DNA of 49,803 bases from Caldilineaceae bacterium (GCA_026914085.1 JAPPKG010000390.1:1-49803), one strand, 5' to 3'. Numbered from the stretch's first letter, positions 10,737-21,642 are shown. Made by a program: numbers and translations. Notes: generated from the sequence alone by a model not told the origin.

Positions 10737-11999
10737 TCATGTGGGACGCACCAATACGCCCGCTCGGCGAAAGCCACCACCCAGAATCATGCTCAGCACA
10801 CCCGCAACGACAATGGAATCGAGCGCGGCGACGGTAGTCAGCGTGAACAGTCCGAAATGGGAACAGGCCCCGACACTCACTGCCGCGATCCAGGTTCCCA
10901 GGGCCGTGAGCGCGAGCCGGGGGCGCTTGCTCAATTCCACCTGGTCGAAGCGTTTGCGGAACAGCAGGGTGTCCACCAGGTAGATGCTCGAGATCGGCGG
11001 AATGGTGATCCCCAGCAGTACGAGGTACTGGATCAGGTAGTCGCCGGCGCCGGCCAGGGCCAGAAGCGTACCGAGCGCCCCCACTCCCACAATGAGTACT
11101 CGCAGATCCAGGCGGCGAAAGACCGTGGCCAGCGCGAGCGCCCCCGAATACACGGAAAGCACGTTCGAGGACCAGGCGGCCAGTATCAGCAGCAGAAAGG
11201 CCGGGATGCCGATTCCGAGCGCGATCATCACATTCAGCAGGTCCGGTTCGTTGTAGGCAATGGACGGAATGGCGGTGCAGAACAACAGAATCGGAAACGA
11301 AATGGCCAGCGCCACGAAGGCCGAGCCCAGCGCGGCGCGCCTGGAACGCGCGAACCGGGCGTAGTCCGGCTGGATCGTGACACCGGCGATATAGCTGCCC
11401 ACGATCGCAGAGATGGCCGTGGTGAGCGTCATCGGAGTTCCTCCGGTCGGTTCGGTCCATTGCTCCAATTGCGGCAGTGACATCCAGGCCGCCATCATCA
11501 GAAAGCCCAGCATTACGGGAACCAGCGCCAGAGCCAGCTTGTCTATGCCCTTGAACCCGGTCACGGTAACGGCCACGATGAGTCCGCCGCCCAGGACCAT
11601 GTAGAGCTCTACAGGCCAGTCGATGCCGAACACCGCGCGGCCCATGAGGTTGGCGGCCCTGCCGAACAGCGCGCTGGTGACGCCGAACCAGCCGATCAGC
11701 GTCATGGAAACGACCGTGCTGGCGATTCTTCCGCCCCAGCGGCCGAACGCGAATTCGTTGAGCATATAGGCCGACAGCCCGGATTTCTGTCCGCAGAGTC
11801 CGGTGAGAGCGGCCATCGAGCCGAGAATGAAACACCCGCAACTGAACGCGATCGCCGCATCGCGCAAGCCGAGGCTGGCGCCGAGGTTGGCCGCCATCAG
11901 GAAGGCCGGCACCGCGATGGTGCCTCCGACGATCACGAGCGCGATATGCCAGCCCGTATAGGTGGCCGAGGCGGGGACCTGAGACTTGGAAAAATCCAT
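10737..11999 (-). CDS. Purine-cytosine type permease (CodB-like), paralogue 2
   Basis: 420-aa multi-pass membrane ORF, homologous to 92..1372 (AAWSSNVLSVYSGALALA; DYARFAR). Confidence 0.8.
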   Translation of the reverse strand: MDFSKSQVPASATYTGWHIALVIVGGTIAVPAFLMAANLGASLGLRDAAIAFSCGCFILGSMAALTGLCGQKSGLSAYMLNEFAFGRWGGRIASTVVSMTLIGWFGVTSALFGRAANLMGRAVFGIDWPVELYMVLGGGLIVAVTVTGFKGIDKLALALVPVMLGFLMMAAWMSLPQLEQWTEPTGGTPMTLTTAISAIVGSYIAGVTIQPDYARFARSRRAALGSAFVALAISFPILLFCTAIPSIAYNEPDLLNVMIALGIGIPAFLLLILAAWSSNVLSVYSGALALATVFRRLDLRVLIVGVGALGTLLALAGAGDYLIQYLVLLGITIPPISSIYLVDTLLFRKRFDQVELSKRPRLALTALGTWIAAVSVGACSHFGLFTLTTVAALDSIVVAGVLSMILGGGFRRAGVLVRPT

Positions 12000-12053
12000 C
12001 CGCCGGCGTTTTCGAGGCCTACGGTCCGAAAATCCGCGGAGCTGCGCGGCGCC

Positions 12054-13727
12054 TCATCCGCTGAACCCGAACACTTCGGCCGCCCGCTCGCGGGTGAGAT
12101 AGCCGTTCTTGATGTCCTGTTCGATGTCCGCGCGCTTGCGTTGCCCGGGATCGCCGTAGCCGCCGCCGGTCGCCGACACCAGCCGGATGCAATCGCCTTG
12201 CTCCGCGCGCACCATCGTGCACATGGAGTAGCGCTCCTCTTCCCCGGATTTGCGCAGGACCTTGGCGTAATTGGTGGATCCCTCAAGACCTTCCTCTATC
12301 GACCACGGACGCGCTTCCGTGCGGCTGGCGGCGTAGGTGAGAAACACTTCCGGCGAGACCACGCGGTAATCGAGAACGACGCCCTTGCCGCCCCGGTACT
12401 GTCCTTCTCCGCCGGCTTCGTTGTGGAACGCGTATTGCTCCACCTGCAGCCCGTAGCGGGTTTCGAAGAGCTCCACGGGCACGTTGTAGGTTTCGCCGTT
12501 GCCGCAGCAGAACTGTCCGCTGTCGCCGTCGACGCCGGCCGAGGCGCCCCAGCCGCCCACCAGCGGTTGACCCATGACGAACAACTCTCCGGTATCCGGA
12601 TGCATGCCGGAAATGAAATTGGCCCCTACCGTGCGCTGGTGTCCCGCGGAAAGCCGGTCCGACAGGGCCGGAGCAAGGGCCTTCCACATCACGTCGATGG
12701 CCGCAATCAGGGACTCGTAATAGAGGGACACCGGCGCCGGCGAGGTTGCACTGATGACCGTGCCCTCCGGACAGATCACTTCGAGCGGCCGAAAGCAGCC
12801 GCCGTTGGCCGGGATTTCGGTATTGGTGACGGCCTTGAACAGGCAGCGCGCGCCGGTGATCAGGCCCGTGTAGGCGCAATTGATCGGCCCCTGGGCCTGC
12901 TTGCTGGTGCCGGTGAAGTCCGCGGTGATCCGGTCGTTTCCGATCGTTACCGTGCACTGGATTTCGAAGGGGCCGTTACCGAGGCCGTCGCCTTCCACGA
13001 TGTCCGTCGCCTGATAGGAGCCGGCCGGCAGCTTGCGGATCTCTTCGATGGTCATCCGTTCGCCGTAGTCCAGAAGGTCCTCCATCGCCTCCAGGACGGA
13101 CTCCACTCCGTACTTGGCGGCCAGTTCCCGAATTCGGGCCGCGCCGACCCGCGCCGCCGCCACTCCCGAGTGCATATCACCGATGGTGGATTCGGGAAGG
13201 CGGACATTGTCCCGAATGATCTGCACCAGGGCCTTGTTCAGCTCGCCTCCCGAGTAGAGCTTGAGGAACCGGAAATGCAGCCCTTCCTGGTAAATTTCCG
13301 TCGATTCGGTCGATACGCTGCCGGGCTGAGCGCCTCCCACCTCGGTCCAGTGCGCCTTGTTGACCGTGAAGGCGATGAGCCTCCCATCGTGGAACACCGG
13401 AACGATGATCACGACGTCCGAAAGATGCGTCCCGCCGCCGCAATAGGGGCTGTTGGTAATGAAAGCGTCGCCTTCGGCGATGTCTCCGGATTCCGGGTAG
13501 TGGTTCAAAAGGTCCTGAACGGCCGTGTCCAGCGTGGCCAGAAAGGCGGTGACCCCGTTGCCCTGGGCCAGAAGATTGCCCCTCGCATCCGTGGCGCCCA
13601 CCGCGAAGTCGGTGGTTTCATAGATGATCGGGCTCATGCTGGTGCGGATGACCGCCTCGAACATTTCGTCTCCCACCGCCACGATGCAGTCCTTGATGAC
13701 TTCCCGATCGAATGACGTGGAACTCAT
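12054..13727 (-). CDS. Hydantoinase B/oxoprolinase family protein (HyuB)
   Basis: 557 aa with family motifs as above. Its start overlaps the upstream HyuA stop by 4 nt (13724-13727), which suggests translational coupling. Confidence 0.9.
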   Translation of the reverse strand: MSSTSFDREVIKDCIVAVGDEMFEAVIRTSMSPIIYETTDFAVGATDARGNLLAQGNGVTAFLATLDTAVQDLLNHYPESGDIAEGDAFITNSPYCGGGTHLSDVVIIVPVFHDGRLIAFTVNKAHWTEVGGAQPGSVSTESTEIYQEGLHFRFLKLYSGGELNKALVQIIRDNVRLPESTIGDMHSGVAAARVGAARIRELAAKYGVESVLEAMEDLLDYGERMTIEEIRKLPAGSYQATDIVEGDGLGNGPFEIQCTVTIGNDRITADFTGTSKQAQGPINCAYTGLITGARCLFKAVTNTEIPANGGCFRPLEVICPEGTVISATSPAPVSLYYESLIAAIDVMWKALAPALSDRLSAGHQRTVGANFISGMHPDTGELFVMGQPLVGGWGASAGVDGDSGQFCCGNGETYNVPVELFETRYGLQVEQYAFHNEAGGEGQYRGGKGVVLDYRVVSPEVFLTYAASRTEARPWSIEEGLEGSTNYAKVLRKSGEEERYSMCTMVRAEQGDCIRLVSATGGGYGDPGQRKRADIEQDIKNGYLTRERAAEVFGFSG

Positions 13728-15832
13728 GCTTGTTCTCCTGTTTCCTTGCCCGGCTGTTTCAGCTCGATGTGGTAATTGCCGTGGCGGTCCAGGGTTACCG
13801 TCCGGCCGGGAGGCACCGGAAGCGTCACCGAGGCCTCCTGGATGACCGCCGGTCCGGCCACGCTCATCGTCGAGTCGAGCAGCCCCCCGTCGTAGATTCG
13901 CGCCTCGTGACGCCCATGCGGATGAAAATCCACCTGGCGCGTGCCCAGCAGCGCCTCTTCGAGCGTTCTTCCCGACGGCTTGCGTTCCGCAAGCTCCGGC
14001 TTGTCCACTTCCACCGTCGCCACCAGGTGAAAGTTGACGATCTGGACCGGGTTATCGAGCCGGTACGTGTAGCGTTGCTCGTGGGCCAGATGAAAGTCTT
14101 CGATCGCCGCCTCCAGCTCCTGCTCCAGCACTTGCCCGCTCAGCTTCAGGGGCACCTTGACCGTATGCTCCTGGCCCTCGTAGCGCATGTCACCGTGCTG
14201 TTCGAAGGCGAGTTCCCGAGCGGTGGAAATGACCCCGTCGCTCATGTAGTCGTCTTCAGCCTTTTCCCGGAGCTGCGCGAACGCGTCGAGGACCTGCGGG
14301 TGGTTGTCGGCATTGAAGTACAGGGGCCGCGTCTGGACGTAGTCGCGGCGCAGATCGGTCAGCAGCATGCCCCAGGCGGAAAACACCGACGAATTCACGG
14401 GCACGATCACTTTGCGCACCTTCAACTCTTCCGCCAGGGGCAGGGCGTGCATCGCTCCGCCCCCTCCGAATGCGATGAGCGCAAATTCGCGCGGATCGTG
14501 GCCCTTGTTGGTGGACACCAGTCGCAGGGCGTTGACCATGTTGGCGTTGGCGATCTGCACGACGCCGCGGGCGATTTCCTCTCGGGTGAGCGACAGAACG
14601 TCTTCCAGGGATGCGAACGCGCGATTCACCGATGACCAGTCGGGATCGACTTCCCCGCCTACGAAGCTGTCGGGATCGATACGGGCAAGAACCAGGTTGG
14701 CGTCGGTGGTGGTGACGCGCGTGCCGCCCCGGCCATAGGCGGCCGGTCCGGGATCGGCGCCTGCCGACTGTGGGCCCACATGGAGTTTGCCTCCCGCATC
14801 CACCCAGGCTATGGACCCGCCGCCCGTACCGATTTCGACGATTTCCGACACCGGCGTCTGGATCGGGTAGCCCGGGGACTTGCGGGTCTTCTCGATGTGA
14901 TACTCGGTGGTCACGCGGACCCTGCCGTTTTCGACCAGCGCGCACTTGGCCGTAGTGCCGCCGATATCGAGCACGATCAGGTTGGGTTCGCCGATCAGCT
15001 TCCCCAGGTACGCAGCCGCAAATATGCCGCTGGCCGGCCCGGACTCGACCATCGCGATGGGGTTGTGCTTGGCGGCCTCCGCCGTCGTGATGCCGCCATT
15101 GGATTGCATCATGTAGGGGCTGCGTCGGAAGCCGCCCTCCTCGAGGCTCGCCTCCAGTCGCTCGATATAGGCTTCGGCTATGGGATGCACGTAGGCCGCC
15201 AGCACGGTGGTGTTGGTGCGCTCGTACTCGCGCCATTCGCGGGAAACTTCGTGGGAAGCGATGACCGATACCTCCGGCCACAGGCGCCGGATTTCCTCGG
15301 CCGCGCGCTGTTCGTTGGAAGGGTTGATGTAGGCATGAAGAAAGGCGACCGCGATCGCTTCCACGCCTTCGCTCCTGAGGTAGTCGATATGCTCGGGAAG
15401 CGAACTCAAGTCCACGGGCTCTTGAATTTCGCCGTGATAGGTCGTTCTCTCCGGAATCTCCAGCCTCAGGTAGCGGTCCACGAAGGGCTTGGGCTTGCGG
15501 AAATTGAAGTTGAACAGATCCGGCCGGTTGCCCCGTGCTATTTCCAGCACGTCCCGAAAGCCCCGGGTCGTGATCAGTGCGGTCTTTGCTCCCTTGCGCT
15601 CCGTGAGCGCGTTGATGACCACCGTGCACCCATGGGCAAAGAAATCGAGTTCGGAAGGCGCCAGGTCCAGCTTTTCGAGGCTCGACATGACACCGACCTC
15701 AAAGTCCGGTGGGGTGGTGTCAACCTTCGAGCAACGGACCTCACCGCCAGCCTTCCCGACGCGGTAGAGCACGAGGTCGGTAAACGTCCCGCCCACGTCG
15801 CTGGCCGCGCGCGCAATAGGCCTAACCTTCAT
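13724..15832 (-). CDS. Hydantoinase A/oxoprolinase family protein (HyuA)
   Basis: ORF track 13724..15853 begins at a TTG. The first ATG (15832) gives MKVRPIARAASDVGGTFTD, the canonical N-terminal DxGGTFTD ATPase motif. Confidence 0.9.
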   Translation of the reverse strand: MKVRPIARAASDVGGTFTDLVLYRVGKAGGEVRCSKVDTTPPDFEVGVMSSLEKLDLAPSELDFFAHGCTVVINALTERKGAKTALITTRGFRDVLEIARGNRPDLFNFNFRKPKPFVDRYLRLEIPERTTYHGEIQEPVDLSSLPEHIDYLRSEGVEAIAVAFLHAYINPSNEQRAAEEIRRLWPEVSVIASHEVSREWREYERTNTTVLAAYVHPIAEAYIERLEASLEEGGFRRSPYMMQSNGGITTAEAAKHNPIAMVESGPASGIFAAAYLGKLIGEPNLIVLDIGGTTAKCALVENGRVRVTTEYHIEKTRKSPGYPIQTPVSEIVEIGTGGGSIAWVDAGGKLHVGPQSAGADPGPAAYGRGGTRVTTTDANLVLARIDPDSFVGGEVDPDWSSVNRAFASLEDVLSLTREEIARGVVQIANANMVNALRLVSTNKGHDPREFALIAFGGGGAMHALPLAEELKVRKVIVPVNSSVFSAWGMLLTDLRRDYVQTRPLYFNADNHPQVLDAFAQLREKAEDDYMSDGVISTARELAFEQHGDMRYEGQEHTVKVPLKLSGQVLEQELEAAIEDFHLAHEQRYTYRLDNPVQIVNFHLVATVEVDKPELAERKPSGRTLEEALLGTRQVDFHPHGRHEARIYDGGLLDSTMSVAGPAVIQEASVTLPVPPGRTVTLDRHGNYHIELKQPGKETGEQA

Positions 15833-15950
15833 TAGAACTAGGTTAGCGATCAATGCCCGCTAGGAAACCCACCCGTTTGGGCAGGTTGGCGCGTTGCAAT
15901 CTTCGGTACACTCTGGCAAGTGCGCAAGCCAGCGCTGATGGAGGCCGTAA

Positions 15951-17288
15951 ATGCCTGAAGGGTCCGCGCCCGGTTCCTGGGCATCCCTGTATCGCGACCA
16001 TATCGCGGAGTGGGACAAGCGGGTCGCCAGCGCGTGCGGCGCATGCGGAGTTGACGGGATCGTCGTGTTCTCGGGCGCAGCGAAGTATCGCCACCGGGAC
16101 GATCTCGAGTATCCGTTCTTCGCCGAACCCTACTTCAAGGCCTGGGTGCCCAACGCCTATCCCGACTCCGCCCTCAAGATCGTTCCGGGCGAAACCCCGG
16201 TGCTGGTCTGGTTGCAGCATGAAGACTTCTGGCACATGCCGGCGCCCGAACCTTCCGGATTCTGGGCTCAATACATGGAGATTCGCAGCATCTCGAAAAA
16301 GGGTGACCTGCTGAAGGAATTGGGCGGGGTGTCGCGGTTGGCCGGCATCGGCGAGGAAGCGCGGGAAGCAATGGGATTAGCGAGCGTCAACGACAGGAAG
16401 CTGCTGACGCGCCTGGATTACCACCGCGCTTACAAGACGCACTACGAGGTCGCATGCATAGAGGAAGCGAACCGCGTGGCCGCGAAGGGGCATGCCGCCA
16501 CCAGCGAGGCGCTGACGGGGCAGCCGTCGGAATTCGAACTCAACGGCATCTATTGCCGCTCGTCCGGACAGCGCGAGTCGTCGCTGCCGTATCAGAGCAT
16601 TGTCGCCCTTAACCAGCACGCGGCGATCCTGCACTACCAGAACCTCGACCCGCGACCGCCCGAGCGATTCCGCTCGTTTCTGCTGGACGCCGGGGCCTAT
16701 CACAACGGCTACGCGTCGGACATCACCCGCACCTGGACGTCCCCGGACGATCCGTTCGCCGACCTGATCGCGTCACTGGATGTCCTCCAGCGGACGATAT
16801 GCGAGGAGGCACGTTCCGGAACGAGCTTCATCTCGCTGCATGATCGGACGCATCAATTGCTGGCCGAATTGCTTGCGGACCATGGAATCATCCGTTGCTC
16901 CGCGGATGAAGGTTACGGACGAGGCCTATCGCGCACCTTTCTGCCTCACGGACTCGGTCACCTGCTGGGTCTGCAGGTCCACGATGCCGGCGGCCGCCTG
17001 GAGTCGCCCGACGGAGCCGAGCGCAGTCCCCCGTCCGAGCATCCGTTCCTGCGCCTGACCCGGCCGCTGGAGCCCGGGTTCGTCGTTACCATCGAACCGG
17101 GCCTGTACTTCATACCCGCCTTGCTGAACGAGGTCCGCAACGGGCCCCTCCGCAATGCCATCAACTGGGAAACCGTGGAACAGTGGCTGCCCTACGGGGG
17201 AATCCGGATTGAGGACGATGTGCTCGTGACCGAGAACGGCAGCCGGAATCTGACCCGGCCTGCATTGGAGCGCTGCGGCATCGCCTAG
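15951..17288 (+). CDS. pepQ: Xaa-Pro dipeptidase (prolidase, M24B)
   Basis: 445 aa, collinear by eye with E. coli PepQ (SLYRDHIA, FKAWVP, SIVALNQHAAILHY, FLLDAGA, HGLGHLLGLQVHD, IEPGLYFI, GGIRIEDDV). Confidence 0.9.
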   Translation: MPEGSAPGSWASLYRDHIAEWDKRVASACGACGVDGIVVFSGAAKYRHRDDLEYPFFAEPYFKAWVPNAYPDSALKIVPGETPVLVWLQHEDFWHMPAPEPSGFWAQYMEIRSISKKGDLLKELGGVSRLAGIGEEAREAMGLASVNDRKLLTRLDYHRAYKTHYEVACIEEANRVAAKGHAATSEALTGQPSEFELNGIYCRSSGQRESSLPYQSIVALNQHAAILHYQNLDPRPPERFRSFLLDAGAYHNGYASDITRTWTSPDDPFADLIASLDVLQRTICEEARSGTSFISLHDRTHQLLAELLADHGIIRCSADEGYGRGLSRTFLPHGLGHLLGLQVHDAGGRLESPDGAERSPPSEHPFLRLTRPLEPGFVVTIEPGLYFIPALLNEVRNGPLRNAINWETVEQWLPYGGIRIEDDVLVTENGSRNLTRPALERCGIA

Positions 17289-17345
17289 CGGGTCCAGGCC
17301 TTCGGGAACGGGCGTATCCGCTCGCGATACTGTTGCAGTGCAGGT

Positions 17346-19805
17346 TCAGGAGCCGAAGCTTCGGCGCAGAGTCAGCCGCCAGTTTCGCTCCGGTCGCGCC
17401 AGTACGACCATGTCGCCGAATATCTGCGGGAAATTGCCCTGGAAATAGAGTTCGTCGAGCGCGTTGTTGACTCCCAGGATAGCGGTCCAGCGGCGGATGG
17501 TCCACGAAACCGATGCGTTCGCCAGCGTGTATGCAGGAAGCCGCACGGTGCGCGCCACCCCGGACCAGGCGGGGCCCACCCGGCTGACGCTCAGGGTCAG
17601 CGCCAGATCGCGCGCCGCCTGCCAGGTCCCGCCGGCGCTGACCACGAATTCCGGCAGGGCGCCGCGTTCCCGGAACCGGACGTCTCCGGCGGGCAGGACC
17701 GTCACCACGTGACCGCCGTAATGGTCTTCGGGGGCCAGGCCGGTGATCGCCGTCGGAGCGAAAATGAACCGCCCGGTAAGCGGTTCGCGATAGATGCGCG
17801 AGCGCGTGGCGGAAAACAGCAGTCCGAGACGTTCGCTCACGGCGGCGCGCACATCCAGCTCCAGTCCCCGGCCCAGCACCGCCAGATTCGCGTCGGCGAA
17901 CGCCGAGTAGTCGATGCGTTTCTGCTCATACCAGGCCAGGGCCGCCTGCAGACGCCCGCCCAATCCGGCAAATTTCAGCCCTGCCTCCCGAAGCCTTGAG
18001 GTTCCCAGCGGCCCCTCTCTGACGTTGCGCACGGAAATCTCTCCGGATTGCCCTCCCAGGGACAGGGCCTGCTCGGCAATGGTGACGTACGGACGCCAGC
18101 CGCCCAGCGTCACGCTGACCGACACGCTCCACGACAGCTTGCTTTGCACCGTGGACGCCGAGGCGTTCGGCGTGGCCGTCACGAGTGGCCCGGGGCCGTT
18201 GGACGAAGTCAGGTCGTAGCGGTCCCAGCGGGCGCCGGCCAGCACCGACCAGCGTTCCATGAAAGTCACGTCCGCCAGCGCCGCCATGCCCAGGTTCAGC
18301 CAGTCCGTCGCGACATCGGTAGTGTGGGCTTCCTCGCCTGGACTGGCGAAGGCCGAGTCGCGCAGGTCGAGCGGGGACGGCGGCTTGCTGATGTCCCTGC
18401 GGTTGAAGAACTCGTAGGAAAAGTCCTGGCGGGCCCGCGTGTCGTAGTAGCGCAGGTTGGGCGCGAGAACCAGATCGGCTGTGAGCATCCGGCCCAGTTC
18501 CAGACCGCGGAATACGGCTTCCAGACGCTCCTCAACCAGCACCGTGCGGTGCTGCTGCGAAAACCCGTAGCTGGACACGATGTGCCGGTCGGCGTAATCG
18601 AGGAACAGCTTCTGACGCAATGTAACCCGGCCCAATTCCGCGAACACGTCGAAGTAGGCGGCCAGGGACTCGGCCGCGCCGCTGTCCGACAGCGCGCAAA
18701 GGCAATGTTCGGCGCCGATCGGCACGTGCCGCAACGTGTCCGGGTTGAGCCGCAGCGCCTGAAGTTCGGCCTCGCTGGCGAACGTCAGGCCGCTCTGCCC
18801 GTAGGGCTGGAACACGGCCAGCCGATTGCGCGGGCTGACGGCGAGCACTTCGCGCTGGCTGATCCGTCCGTCGCGGTCGCTGTCCAGGTTCACCAGCGGC
18901 TCGCCGGACAGGTACAGACCCTCGTCGATGAGCTTCTGATCGACGCGGTTCCAGCCGGCGTTCTCCGCGCCGCGCCAGCGCTGGTACTGCTGCCCCGCTT
19001 CGATCCAGACGTCGCCGCGCAGGTCCACGACCAGGGTTCCCTGCAGCATGAGTTGCCGCTGTCCCGGATGTTCCCGGTAGTAACTTCCCGCGTCCTCCCA
19101 GAGGCCGAACACGTGATAGCCTGCCGGTTTTCCGAACAGGCGCGCGGGACCGCCGCGCTGTCCTTCGAAGCCATAGCGGTTCCAGGAACCGACTCGGACG
19201 GCCACGTCGCCTCTGGGCGCCTCGATGAATCGGTCCTCGTCGGCGCGTGCGGTCTTGGGCACCAGGTTGATGTAGCCCGAAATCGATCCCGCGCCGTGGA
19301 TGGGCGAGGCCGGCCCGCGCACGACGTCCACCCGGTCGGCGGCTCGAATGAGCGATTGCCATCCCCCGGCGCTGACCAGCCGGCGCATGCCGCGAAAGTG
19401 CGTGTCCGCAAGGGCGCCCCGCAGGTCGATGCTGGCCGCCAGCCCGAAGAACGAGGCCGTATGGGCGCCGGGGATGATCTGCGAGAAGTCCTCCACCGTC
19501 TCGACCCCGTGCCGCACCAGCAGCTCTTCGCTCAGGGACGCGGTGGAGCGGGGCGTTTCCCACGCCGTCTTGTCCAGGCCGAAAACCGTATCGCCGGGGG
19601 CGGCGTCCATCACCCCGAACGGGTCGGCTGCTCCTTCGGGCAGCCGCTCCCCCTCAACGACGAGTTGCTCGATTTCCGGGTCTTCAGGCTGCGCGCCGGA
19701 CGCTTGTCCCGCCTTCACGTAAGCCGGCAGGGAAAGCACTGCCGCTGCCAGGACCGCGACAGCGGATATTCGCGCTTCGACCGCCCTCGGACCCTCTTCG
19801 CGCAT
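17346..19805 (-). CDS. TonB-dependent receptor
   Basis: 819 aa with signal peptide, plug region (EIEQLVVEGERL...) and long beta-barrel-like C-terminal region. Convergent with pepQ. Confidence 0.85.
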   Translation of the reverse strand: MREEGPRAVEARISAVAVLAAAVLSLPAYVKAGQASGAQPEDPEIEQLVVEGERLPEGAADPFGVMDAAPGDTVFGLDKTAWETPRSTASLSEELLVRHGVETVEDFSQIIPGAHTASFFGLAASIDLRGALADTHFRGMRRLVSAGGWQSLIRAADRVDVVRGPASPIHGAGSISGYINLVPKTARADEDRFIEAPRGDVAVRVGSWNRYGFEGQRGGPARLFGKPAGYHVFGLWEDAGSYYREHPGQRQLMLQGTLVVDLRGDVWIEAGQQYQRWRGAENAGWNRVDQKLIDEGLYLSGEPLVNLDSDRDGRISQREVLAVSPRNRLAVFQPYGQSGLTFASEAELQALRLNPDTLRHVPIGAEHCLCALSDSGAAESLAAYFDVFAELGRVTLRQKLFLDYADRHIVSSYGFSQQHRTVLVEERLEAVFRGLELGRMLTADLVLAPNLRYYDTRARQDFSYEFFNRRDISKPPSPLDLRDSAFASPGEEAHTTDVATDWLNLGMAALADVTFMERWSVLAGARWDRYDLTSSNGPGPLVTATPNASASTVQSKLSWSVSVSVTLGGWRPYVTIAEQALSLGGQSGEISVRNVREGPLGTSRLREAGLKFAGLGGRLQAALAWYEQKRIDYSAFADANLAVLGRGLELDVRAAVSERLGLLFSATRSRIYREPLTGRFIFAPTAITGLAPEDHYGGHVVTVLPAGDVRFRERGALPEFVVSAGGTWQAARDLALTLSVSRVGPAWSGVARTVRLPAYTLANASVSWTIRRWTAILGVNNALDELYFQGNFPQIFGDMVVLARPERNWRLTLRRSFGS

Positions 19806-19827
19806 CTGAGCCGTTACGGCCGTCCGG

Positions 19828-20457
19828 CTATTCGCTGGCGGCTTGTTCTGCGGCCTCGGCGCTCCAGGCTTCCCTTACCGCGCGCCCGCGCTCAAGCAGG
19901 GGCGTGAATTTCTCGTAATCCACCTCCTTCTCCCTGAGCTTGTCGATATAGGCCGTGGGTGTCAGGGGCGACTCCGCCCAATGGATAAACCGCCATCCCT
20001 CGGGCTTCTTGCGCAGGACCGCGCTCATCCGGATTTCCTCGCCCAGGGGGCTCCTTCCTCGCATCTTCATTTCGAAATGCATGTACCAGACGGCAATGGC
20101 CAGATCGTCGGCGATGAGCTTGACCGAAATGTCATACATCTCCTCGCGCAGCGCTTCCAGCACCGGATTCGGCAGGGGCGGAGCCAGGTAGGCCCTGAGC
20201 GGCTCCCAGCCGAGGAACCAGCGTTCCTGTTCCTCGGCCAGGTAGAAGGGCACCTCTTCGTCCTGATCCCACAGATCCAGCACCTTTCGGAAATCCTGGG
20301 TGTTCCAGACTTCCGCGGTGTGGTGAATAAAGGCCTTTATGGCTTCGATTTCGTCCTGATCGGCAGCCTGGGCCGAATCGATCGAATGTGCAGTCATGGT
20401 CAATGCCACTCCCAATAGAAAAGTCGCCCGCAGCGACGCAAACACGGTAGAACGCAC
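19828..20457 (-). CDS. Secreted NTF2/SnoaL-like fold protein (hypothetical)
   Basis: The ORF track extends to 20745, but that N-terminal 96 aa is Arg-rich junk and overlaps the neighbouring gene. A GTG at 20457 is preceded by GGGGA and gives a signal peptide (VRSTVFASLRATFLLGVALTMTAHS) followed by the EIEAIKAFIHHTAEVWN motif. Confidence 0.6.
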   Translation of the reverse strand: MRSTVFASLRATFLLGVALTMTAHSIDSAQAADQDEIEAIKAFIHHTAEVWNTQDFRKVLDLWDQDEEVPFYLAEEQERWFLGWEPLRAYLAPPLPNPVLEALREEMYDISVKLIADDLAIAVWYMHFEMKMRGRSPLGEEIRMSAVLRKKPEGWRFIHWAESPLTPTAYIDKLREKEVDYEKFTPLLERGRAVREAWSAEAAEQAASE

Positions 20458-20519
20458 AATTTTCCCCTTGCCGGTGCCAACACGGCAATCGTAAACGGTT
20501 TCCGCGGGCAACAGACGCG

Positions 20520-21257
20520 TCAGGCGCCGGCAACAAGCAGGCGGTAGCCGATGTCGAGTTCCGTTTCCTTCAGAAGCGCTCCGTACTTGCGTTGCCAGTG
20601 CCCGGATTCGAGGTCGGCGCTCAGTTGCGCGAGCCCGCTCTCCGGGTCGGACAGCTTGGCAAAAGTGGACATCGCGCCGCGCACGCGCTCGTCGAGATAG
20701 TCGTCGGGGCGTCGCCAGCAGGAGCCGAGAAAGCCGTCGGTGCAATCGTGCGGAACGGGGACTGTCCGCACCGTAACGGATCCGAGTTCGCGCTCGAAGT
20801 CACCGACCGACGGAAATATCCGACGGTCGATCTCGAAGAGTTCCGGAAAATAGTCGGTCAACCAGAATCCCCGCGATTCGGGGTCGCATGTCAGCACAAC
20901 GACACGGTCGCGCGCAACGCGCCTTAGTTCCCCAAGCCCTTTCGCCCGGTCGCGCCAGTGATGCACGGACAGGATCGCCATCGCCGCGTCGAAACTGTCA
21001 TTCTCGAACGGCAAGGAGTCCGCCGTAGCCTGGATCGCGGCGGCGCTGCCCTCCGGCCGTTGCGCGATCATCGTCAGCGAAGGCTCCACCGCCACGACGT
21101 GCCGGTCGGTGGGCTCATAAGAACCGGCCCCGGCGCCGACGTTGATGACGGACTTCGCATCACCCAGCGCTCCCCATATCGCCTTCTCGATGCGCGGATC
21201 GGGCCTTCGAAAGTCCGCATATCCGCGCCCGATCCTGTCATAGAGCGCCGTCATCAC
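20520..21257 (-). CDS. Class I SAM-dependent methyltransferase
   Basis: 245 aa with motif I VINVGAGAGSY and a post-I acidic residue (VAVEPS). Confidence 0.85.
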   Translation of the reverse strand: MMTALYDRIGRGYADFRRPDPRIEKAIWGALGDAKSVINVGAGAGSYEPTDRHVVAVEPSLTMIAQRPEGSAAAIQATADSLPFENDSFDAAMAILSVHHWRDRAKGLGELRRVARDRVVVLTCDPESRGFWLTDYFPELFEIDRRIFPSVGDFERELGSVTVRTVPVPHDCTDGFLGSCWRRPDDYLDERVRGAMSTFAKLSDPESGLAQLSADLESGHWQRKYGALLKETELDIGYRLLVAGA

Positions 21258-21293
21258 GGCAGGATAACAGGCGCCCTGGGCGGCGGCTGCCGG

Positions 21294-21623
21294 TTATTTG
21301 GCCGGAAGGCTTGCAGCGAAGGCGGCTGCTTCCCCCACCCAGGTTTTCAGGTCCCGCTCGGACTCCAGTCCCGCAGGCTCCACCAGCGCCCATCCCTTCA
21401 TGACGCGGCCCGTTATGTTGGCGGGCTGGGTGTGCGGTCGGGCAAGCGTTTCCTCGTGCTTGTCCTTCCCCATACGAACGATCAGCGAACCCTTCCATGT
21501 CCCAAGGCACATGTTGCCGTTGATCAGGAAGCAGATGCCCCCGAACATCCCCTTCTCGGAAAAACCCGCGTGGCCGTCAAGCAACGGACGGATTCGCTCA
21601 ATCAATACTTCGTCTTCAGTCAC
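21294..21623 (-). CDS. TfoX N-terminal domain family protein
   Basis: 109 aa. KGMFGGICFLINGNM resembles the TfoX_N core. Confidence 0.65.
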   Translation of the reverse strand: MTEDEVLIERIRPLLDGHAGFSEKGMFGGICFLINGNMCLGTWKGSLIVRMGKDKHEETLARPHTQPANITGRVMKGWALVEPAGLESERDLKTWVGEAAAFAASLPAK

Positions 21624-21642
21624 ATTTTCTCCTGCCGGCTCT

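Noticed and set aside
20458-20745. Long N-terminal extension of the NTF2-like protein, overlapping the methyltransferase gene.
   Set aside because: The Arg-rich extension overlaps the well-supported methyltransferase 3' end. The internal GTG has an RBS and gives a proper signal peptide.
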